Source: Desulfovirgula sp. (GTDB lineage: Bacteria > Bacillota > Desulfotomaculia > Desulfotomaculales > Nap2-2B). From it: 64,000 nt of DNA. Positions 58,641 to 64,000 of the stretch are shown here, piece after piece; the first letter of the stretch is position 1, and each line of letters opens with the position of its first letter. The position numbers and the translations under genes are program-made. The stretch is from NCBI GenBank assembly GCA_020725585.1, contig DYES01000072.1, positions 921 through 64,920 on the forward strand. The letters are read 5' to 3'. Below the pieces are notes generated by a model, which was given only the letters and a program-made list of their open reading frames with translations, did not search any database and was not told the DNA's origin.

Positions 58641-59237
58641 ATGCTTACCGTAATTGTTCGCAAGCGCTTGCTTTATCTTTTTTTCTTTGTTTTCCTGGGC
58701 GCAGGGCTGCTTTTCGCAGGTCTTTTCGAAATCCCCTCCAGGCTGCTGAAAAAGGAAAAGGCGGCGGCCGTTGAAAGCGTCCAGCTCGAGCGGGCCTTTA
58801 GCCCGCCTCCCCAGTCCGCGCCAGGAGCAGCCGGTCCTTCGTCCCGGGCAATCACCGCCGACAAAAATAACCTGGATTTTTTCATTGAATACCGATTGGA
58901 TCGCGAACGCACGCGCGGCCGGCAAATAGAGCTTTTGCGGGAAATCATCAACAGTCCTTCCGCCAGTGAGCAGGCGCGCAAGAAAGCCCAAGAGGAACTT
59001 CTGGCCATCAGCCACAAACTGGCTAAGGAAACGGAACTGGAGCATTTAATCCGGGCGAAGGGATATCAAGACGCCACCGTCTGTATTGAGGAAAAAGGGG
59101 TAACTGTAATCGTCCAGCCGCTCAAGGGCAAGGAACCGGCCAAAATTTCCGCCGAGGACGTCGCCAGGATTTGCGAAGTGGTTTCTTGGGGAACAGGCGT
59201 TGGGGAGCAAAACATCATCGTTATTCCCAAAACGTGA
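58641..59237 (+). CDS. spoIIIAH: Stage III sporulation protein AH
   Basis: FF.EYRL.RE..R, E.LI.AKGY.DA; ATG at 58641 behind GGGGAG (track start 58434). Confidence 0.92.
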   Translation: MLTVIVRKRLLYLFFFVFLGAGLLFAGLFEIPSRLLKKEKAAAVESVQLERAFSPPPQSAPGAAGPSSRAITADKNNLDFFIEYRLDRERTRGRQIELLREIINSPSASEQARKKAQEELLAISHKLAKETELEHLIRAKGYQDATVCIEEKGVTVIVQPLKGKEPAKISAEDVARICEVVSWGTGVGEQNIIVIPKT

Positions 59238-59274
59238 TCCTGAAAGAGCCATGAAAACTCAATTTTGCCAAGGG

Positions 59275-59303
59275 TTGCTAAAGGGCGGCGGTTACAGTAT
59301 AAT
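59275..59303 (+). promoter_or_regulatory. Sigma-A promoter of the asp23-nusB operon
   Basis: TTGCTA-17 nt-TATAAT. Confidence 0.7.
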
Positions 59304-59355
59304 AGAAGCATGTTCTTTAAATTAAGGGTAATTTTTTAAGGGGGGTTTCACGCGC

Positions 59356-59745
59356 GTGGAAGAAAAAAAGGAAATTGTAGTCCAGCAGGAACAGACGGGC
59401 CTCGGCTCCATCAGGATCGCTGACGAAGTGGTAAGGATCATTGCCGGCCTGGCCGCTACGGAGGTGCCTGGCGTGGCCGGGATGAGCGGGGGAATCGTGG
59501 GCGGCATTACGGAAATGTTAGGGCGCAAGAACCTTTCCAAAGGTGTGAAGGTAGATGTGGGCGAAAAAGAAGCGGCCATCGATATTTTTGTGGTGATCGA
59601 GTACGGCAGTAAAATTCCGGAGGTTGCGTCCCAGATTCAGCAAAAGGTAAAGAAAGCCGTCCAGGAAATGACCGGCTTAAATGTTGTGGAAGTGAACGTA
59701 AACATCCAGGGAGTCACCTTTAGCGGAACGGAAGTGAAAGAATAG
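59356..59745 (+). CDS. Asp23/Gls24 family protein (YqhY-like)
   Basis: G.IRIADEVV.IIAG.AA.EV.GV, KGVKV, MTGL.V.EVNV. Confidence 0.93.
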   Translation: MEEKKEIVVQQEQTGLGSIRIADEVVRIIAGLAATEVPGVAGMSGGIVGGITEMLGRKNLSKGVKVDVGEKEAAIDIFVVIEYGSKIPEVASQIQQKVKKAVQEMTGLNVVEVNVNIQGVTFSGTEVKE

Positions 59746-59783
59746 GGAGCTCCGGGAACTTTCGTAGGGGAGGCTAAAAAACT

Positions 59784-60317
59784 GTGCAGCCTTTCGACCG
59801 TGGCCTGCTTTTTGTGTATACTCTGGCCTTGACCATCTGCTTTCTAACCGCGATACCTTTCTTGGCCGGCTGGCTGGATTGGTCTTTGCTGGCGCCCCTT
59901 TATAATCAATTGCCGGTCCGGCCGGAAATAGTTTTAATCTTCTTCCTGGGACTGCTTATCCTCATGGGAGCAAGGCTTTTTTGGGCGAACATCAAGCCCG
60001 CCCGTAAGCACGTAATTGTCCACGAAGGAGCTATGGGACAGGTGCGCGTTGCGCTGACGGCAATGGAAGACCTGGCGGCAAAAGTGGTGGCCCAAAACAG
60101 CGGCGTTCACGACGTGCGCGCCAGAGTGTTGGCGCTGCCGCAGGGGGTGGGCATCAGTGTGCAGGCCACGGTAACCCCCGACACACAAATCCCCGATCTT
60201 TCAAAAGCCATTCAAGAACAGGTAAAAGAAAAGATTCTGGCCGTAACGGGGATTGCCGTTCAGCAGGTGCACGTTTTTGTAAACAGTATTTCGGCCCGCA
60301 AGCCGCGGGTAGAATAG
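59784..60317 (+). CDS. amaP: AmaP-like membrane anchor protein
   Basis: Two N-terminal TMs, G.V.V....A.E.L, IP......Q..VK......TGI, C-terminal RVE; follows asp23. Confidence 0.82.
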   Translation: MQPFDRGLLFVYTLALTICFLTAIPFLAGWLDWSLLAPLYNQLPVRPEIVLIFFLGLLILMGARLFWANIKPARKHVIVHEGAMGQVRVALTAMEDLAAKVVAQNSGVHDVRARVLALPQGVGISVQATVTPDTQIPDLSKAIQEQVKEKILAVTGIAVQQVHVFVNSISARKPRVE

Positions 60318-60354
60318 CTCCTCTTAAAAAAGAGGCAAGAGGTGCTGCCAGGCA

Positions 60355-60564
60355 ATGGACTTCATGGATATTATTACTAAACATCGGGGCAAAATAATCG
60401 GCATTGCTTTAGGTTTGGTTTTCGCACTGCTGATTATTAAATACGGGTTTTTAAAGACCTTTTTTATTGCTTTCTGTGTGGGAATAGGGTATTATATAGG
60501 CAAGCGCATCGATGAGCGCATCGATCTGAAAGAAACGGTGGCCCGGCTTTTCCGAAAAGATTGA
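60355..60564 (+). CDS. DUF2273 small membrane protein
   Basis: HRGKIIG...G......YGF.KT.FI....IGY.IG. Confidence 0.85.
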   Translation: MDFMDIITKHRGKIIGIALGLVFALLIIKYGFLKTFFIAFCVGIGYYIGKRIDERIDLKETVARLFRKD

Positions 60565-60605
60565 AAAGCTCTTACGGCGGCTTTTGAAAAAAAGCGGGGT
60601 TATTT

Positions 60606-61022
60606 ATGAGCAGAAGGCAGGCCAGGGAACTTGCCTTGCAGGTTTTATTCCAGGTGGACGTTGGCGGAGCCGCACCGGAAGCAGCTACAGAATATGCGGC
60701 GCGGGAAAAACCGCTTAGCCAGGAGGATCTGGCCTTCGCCAGAAGGGTGATTTTTGGCACCCTGGCGCATTTAAAGTCCATTGATCAGGTCGTTTCCCGC
60801 GTCAGCCACGACTGGGAAATCGACCGGATGGCCGCCGTCGACCGCAACCTCATCCGCCTGGCCCTGTTTGAAATTTTTTATTGCGAAGATATTCCGGTGG
60901 CGGTTTCTGTGAACGAAGCGGTAGAGCTCGCCAAGGTTTACGGCGGCGATGACTCTAGCCGCTTTATAAACGGCATTCTGGGGAAGGTGGCAAGAGATCC
61001 GGCCAGTTATTTGCCGTCTTAA
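60606..61022 (+). CDS. nusB: Transcription antitermination factor NusB
   Basis: SRRQARE.ALQ.L, W...R...VDR..RLA, NEAVELAK.YG, FINGILG. Confidence 0.96.
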   Translation: MSRRQARELALQVLFQVDVGGAAPEAATEYAAREKPLSQEDLAFARRVIFGTLAHLKSIDQVVSRVSHDWEIDRMAAVDRNLIRLALFEIFYCEDIPVAVSVNEAVELAKVYGGDDSSRFINGILGKVARDPASYLPS

Positions 61023-61047
61023 ATTACCTTAATTTTGGTTACTTCGT

Positions 61048-61073
61048 AAACTGCTTGACGAAAGCAGTTTTTT
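61048..61073 (+). terminator. Rho-independent terminator after nusB
   Basis: AAACTGCTT-GACGA-AAGCAGTTT plus T run. Confidence 0.75.
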
Positions 61074-61185
61074 CTGTTTTAAAATTGGTTTCATTATTTC
61101 CCTTAGAGGCAGGAATTAGGGGATTTTGCGCGAAGTAATAGAGATAGCAAAAAGAAATATCCAAAAGGGAGGGGAAAGGTTTTTT

Positions 61186-62055
61186 ATGTACAAAATTCTC
61201 GAAAAGCAGGTGTTTTCGCCCATCATCAAACTAATGGTCATTGAAGCGCCAAAAGTAGCTAAAAAATGTCAACCCGGGCAGTTTGTCATCCTGCGCACCC
61301 ACGAGGAAGGCGAGCGCATTCCCTTGACTATTGCTGATTTCGACCGCGAAAAGGGAACCATTACCATTGTCTTCCAGGAAGTGGGCAAAACCACCAGGCG
61401 ACTGGGGAGGCTTGAAGCCGGCGACTGCCTCCGGGATTTTGTCGGTCCGCTGGGCACCCCCTCGCACATCGAAAATTTCGGCACAGTTATCTGCGTCGGC
61501 GGCGGGGTGGGCGTGGCTCCCGTCTTTCCCATCGCCAGAGCACTGAAGGAAGCCGGCAATCACGTCATCGGCATTATGGGCGCCCGGACGAAAGAGCTCA
61601 TTTTCTGGGAAGAAAAAATGCGCGAAGCGTGCAGCGAGCTGTTTGTTACCACGGATGACGGCTCTTACGTAAGAAAGGGTTTCGTTACCGATGTTTTAAA
61701 AGACGTTATTGAGGAGAGAGGAAAGGAGCAAATTGCCCTGGTCCTGGCCATCGGCCCCCAGCCGATGATGCGGGCCTGCTGCAATTTGACCAGGGAATAC
61801 GGGCTCAAGACCATCGTCAGCCTGAATTCGCTCATGGTTGACGGTACGGGGATGTGCGGTTGCTGCCGGGTTACCGTCGGCGGGCAAACCAGGTTTGTTT
61901 GCGTGGACGGCCCGGAATTCGACGGGCACCAGGTGGATTTTGCCGAGCTGGCGCGCCGTAACGCATTTTTCCTGGAAGAAGAAAAACTTTCGCTGGAGCG
62001 TTATCAAAGCAGCGGCGGCTGTAGCTGCGGCTGCGGTTGCGGAGGTGGTCAATAA
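61186..62055 (+). CDS. nfnA: Electron-bifurcating transhydrogenase small subunit (NfnA/SudB-like)
   Basis: PGQF, GERIPLTI, GPLG, GGG.G.AP, MVDGTGMCG.CR, CVDGPEF; ATG at 61186. Confidence 0.9.
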   Translation: MYKILEKQVFSPIIKLMVIEAPKVAKKCQPGQFVILRTHEEGERIPLTIADFDREKGTITIVFQEVGKTTRRLGRLEAGDCLRDFVGPLGTPSHIENFGTVICVGGGVGVAPVFPIARALKEAGNHVIGIMGARTKELIFWEEKMREACSELFVTTDDGSYVRKGFVTDVLKDVIEERGKEQIALVLAIGPQPMMRACCNLTREYGLKTIVSLNSLMVDGTGMCGCCRVTVGGQTRFVCVDGPEFDGHQVDFAELARRNAFFLEEEKLSLERYQSSGGCSCGCGCGGGQ

Positions 62056-63488
62056 TGGCAGAGTTGCAAGAGCCGAAGAAAAAGAAAGAAATCATCCCGA
62101 AAAAGCATCCCATGCCCGCCCAGGACCCGGCGGCGCGCGTGAAAAACTTTGACGAAGTGGCCCTGGGATACGATGAAGAAACTGCCGTGGCGGAGGCAAA
62201 CCGCTGCCTCCAGTGCAAAAAAGAGCCCTGCCGTCAGGGCTGCCCGGTGGAAGTGGAGATCCCGGCGTTTATTAAATTAATTGCCGAAAGGGACTTTGCC
62301 GGCGCCATCAAAAAGATTAAGGAGAAAAACGCCCTTCCGGCGGTTTGCGGCCGGGTATGCCCGCAGGAGAACCAGTGCGAGAAATACTGCACCCTGGGCA
62401 AAAAAAATGAGCCGGTGGCCATCGGCCGCCTGGAGCGCTTTTGCGCCGACTGGGAGCTGGCCCAGGGAGTTTTTCCCCAGGAAGTGGCGCCGCCTACGGG
62501 CTTTAAGGTGGCCGTGGTGGGATCCGGCCCCGGAGGGCTTACCTGCGCTGCCGACCTGGCCAAGCTGGGCCACCAGGTGACCATTTTTGAAGCCCTGCAC
62601 GTACCCGGGGGAGTGCTCATGTACGGAATTCCCGAGTTTCGTTTGCCCAAGCGGGTAGTGCAGGCGGAAATTGAGAACCTGAAAAAGCTGGGGGTAAACA
62701 TCGAAGTAAATTCCGTGGTCGGTAAATTTGCTACGATAGATGAACTGATGAACGAAGAAGGGTTTGCGGCCGTATACATCGGGACGGGCGCGGGCCTGCC
62801 TTATTTCATGAACATCCCGGGCGAAAATTCTTGCGGCGTGTATTCCGCCAACGAGTTTTTAACCCGGACGAACCTCATGAAGGCCTACCTCTTCCCCGAG
62901 TGGGACACCCCCATTAAAATCGGCAAGAAGGTGGCCGTCCTGGGCGGCGGCAACGTGGCCATGGACGCGGCGCGGACGGCTTTACGGCTGGGCGCTGAAG
63001 AATCCTGGATTGTTTACCGCCGCTCTAAAAACGAATTACCTGCCCGCCACGAAGAAGTGGAAAACGCCATTGAAGAAGGGGTTAAGTTTGCCTTTTTAAC
63101 CAGCCCCACCAGGATTCTGGCGGACGAAAACGGGAAGGTCAAGGCCATGGAGTGCTTGAAATATGAACTGGGCGAGCCCGATGCTTCCGGCAGGCGCAGC
63201 CCCGTTCCGATTCCCGGCTCGGAATTCATCATGGAAGTGGATACGGTCGTAGTAGCCATCGGCCAGGGGCCGAATCCTTTGGTGCCCAGAACCACCAAAG
63301 GCCTGGATGTAACCAAAAAAGGGAACATCGTGGCCGACCCAGCTACGGGAGCCACTTCCAAGCCGGGCGTATTCGCGGGGGGCGACGTGGTTACGGGCGC
63401 GGCGACCGTTATTCTGGCCATGGGTGCCGGCCGCGTGGCGGCCAAATCCATTCACCAGTACCTGATGGCCAAAAAGGGAGAGTCTTAA
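62055..63488 (+). CDS. nfnB: Electron-bifurcating transhydrogenase large subunit (NfnB/SudA; GltD-like)
   Basis: RCLQC....C..GCP, CGRVCPQE.QCE, GSGPGG, YGIPEFRL, GGGNVAMD, GAATVILAM; translationally coupled to nfnA (TAATG). Confidence 0.9.
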   Translation: MAELQEPKKKKEIIPKKHPMPAQDPAARVKNFDEVALGYDEETAVAEANRCLQCKKEPCRQGCPVEVEIPAFIKLIAERDFAGAIKKIKEKNALPAVCGRVCPQENQCEKYCTLGKKNEPVAIGRLERFCADWELAQGVFPQEVAPPTGFKVAVVGSGPGGLTCAADLAKLGHQVTIFEALHVPGGVLMYGIPEFRLPKRVVQAEIENLKKLGVNIEVNSVVGKFATIDELMNEEGFAAVYIGTGAGLPYFMNIPGENSCGVYSANEFLTRTNLMKAYLFPEWDTPIKIGKKVAVLGGGNVAMDAARTALRLGAEESWIVYRRSKNELPARHEEVENAIEEGVKFAFLTSPTRILADENGKVKAMECLKYELGEPDASGRRSPVPIPGSEFIMEVDTVVVAIGQGPNPLVPRTTKGLDVTKKGNIVADPATGATSKPGVFAGGDVVTGAATVILAMGAGRVAAKSIHQYLMAKKGES

Positions 63489-63532
63489 AAACCTCCCAAA
63501 CATCAGGGATGAAATGAATTGAGAACAAAATT

Positions 63533-64000
63533 ATGCAGTTAAAGCAGTTAAATCCATCGGTAAAAAAGCTCCTTACGGTAAGCGAGCTGACCGTCTACAT
63601 AAAAGACCTGATGGACAAAGACCCCCTGCTTATCGGCCTGTGGGTAAGGGGGGAAATATCCAACTGCAAGCTGGCGGCAAGCGGCCACCTGTACTTTACT
63701 TTGAAAGACGAGCAATGCTGCATTAGGGCCATCATGTTTCGCTCCCGGTGCGCAAAGCTGCCTTTCCAGCCCAAAAACGGGCTGGCCGTCCGGGTGCGCG
63801 GCTACGTTACGGTTTACGAGCGTGACGGCACCTACCAGCTTTATGCGGAAGAAATGGAGCCGGACGGCGCCGGCGCGCTTTATTTAGCCTTTGCCCAGCT
63901 AAAGAACAGGCTTCAGCAAGAGGGGCTGTTTGACGCCCGGCGCAAGAAAAAGTTGCCCTTTTTGCCCCGGCGCATCGGCATCGTCACCTCGCCGACGGGT
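63533..64000 (+). CDS. xseA: Exodeoxyribonuclease VII large subunit (runs off the window)
   Basis: Manual translation LTVSELT.YIK...WVRGEISN....SGHLYFTLKD...G.YQLY...EGLFD...KK.LP..P.RIGIVTSPTG; absent from the ORF track because no stop lies in the window. Confidence 0.95.
   Translation, partial: MQLKQLNPSVKKLLTVSELTVYIKDLMDKDPLLIGLWVRGEISNCKLAASGHLYFTLKDEQCCIRAIMFRSRCAKLPFQPKNGLAVRVRGYVTVYERDGTYQLYAEEMEPDGAGALYLAFAQLKNRLQQEGLFDARRKKKLPFLPRRIGIVTSPTG

Noticed and set aside
62055..63488. Glutamate synthase small subunit
   Set aside because: No gltB nearby and it is coupled to an NfnA-type gene, so NfnB is the better call.
1..64000. CRISPR arrays, tRNA/rRNA genes, IS transposases, prophage genes, reverse transcriptases
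   Set aside because: No regularly spaced repeats, cloverleaf or rRNA signatures, or DDE/terminase/RT motifs were seen; intergenic regions are short and mostly explained.

Overview
Core chromosomal segment of an endospore-forming, anaerobic Firmicute; gene content and style suggest Peptococcaceae/Desulfotomaculum-like (inference). Order: partial dxs, tlyA, nadK, argR, recN, a GH31 fragment, spoIVB, spo0A, steA, steB, GT2, GT4, a deleted M20 peptidase, DUF3866, a ComB-like gene, spoIIM, DUF362, xerD, deoB. Then aroK, aroB, vapBC and a type IV pilus cluster (pilB, pilT, c-di-GMP-I riboswitch, pilC, pilin, pilD, minor pilins, pilMNO). Then tldD, a small YabG-like gene, capA-like, a secreted protein, a two-component system, an AT-rich ABC exporter block, an eroded lexA/dinB/yolD cassette and pmbA. 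Finally aroQ, pepP, efp, a CD1247-like gene, acs, CoADR-rhodanese, spoIIIAA-AH, asp23, amaP, DUF2273, nusB, nfnAB and partial xseA. Most notable: (1) the window looks like a circular permutation of the conserved Firmicute order, starting in dxs and ending in xseA, with an unusual deoB|aroK junction; (2) a c-di-GMP-I riboswitch inside the pilus cluster has a large multi-hairpin insert in P3 and a terminator overlapping P1; (3) a multiply deleted lexA-dinB-yolD cassette that the ORF track mostly misses; (4) an uncharacterised steAB-glycosyltransferase-DUF3866 locus after spo0A. All calls come from motif recognition by eye; no searches were run.
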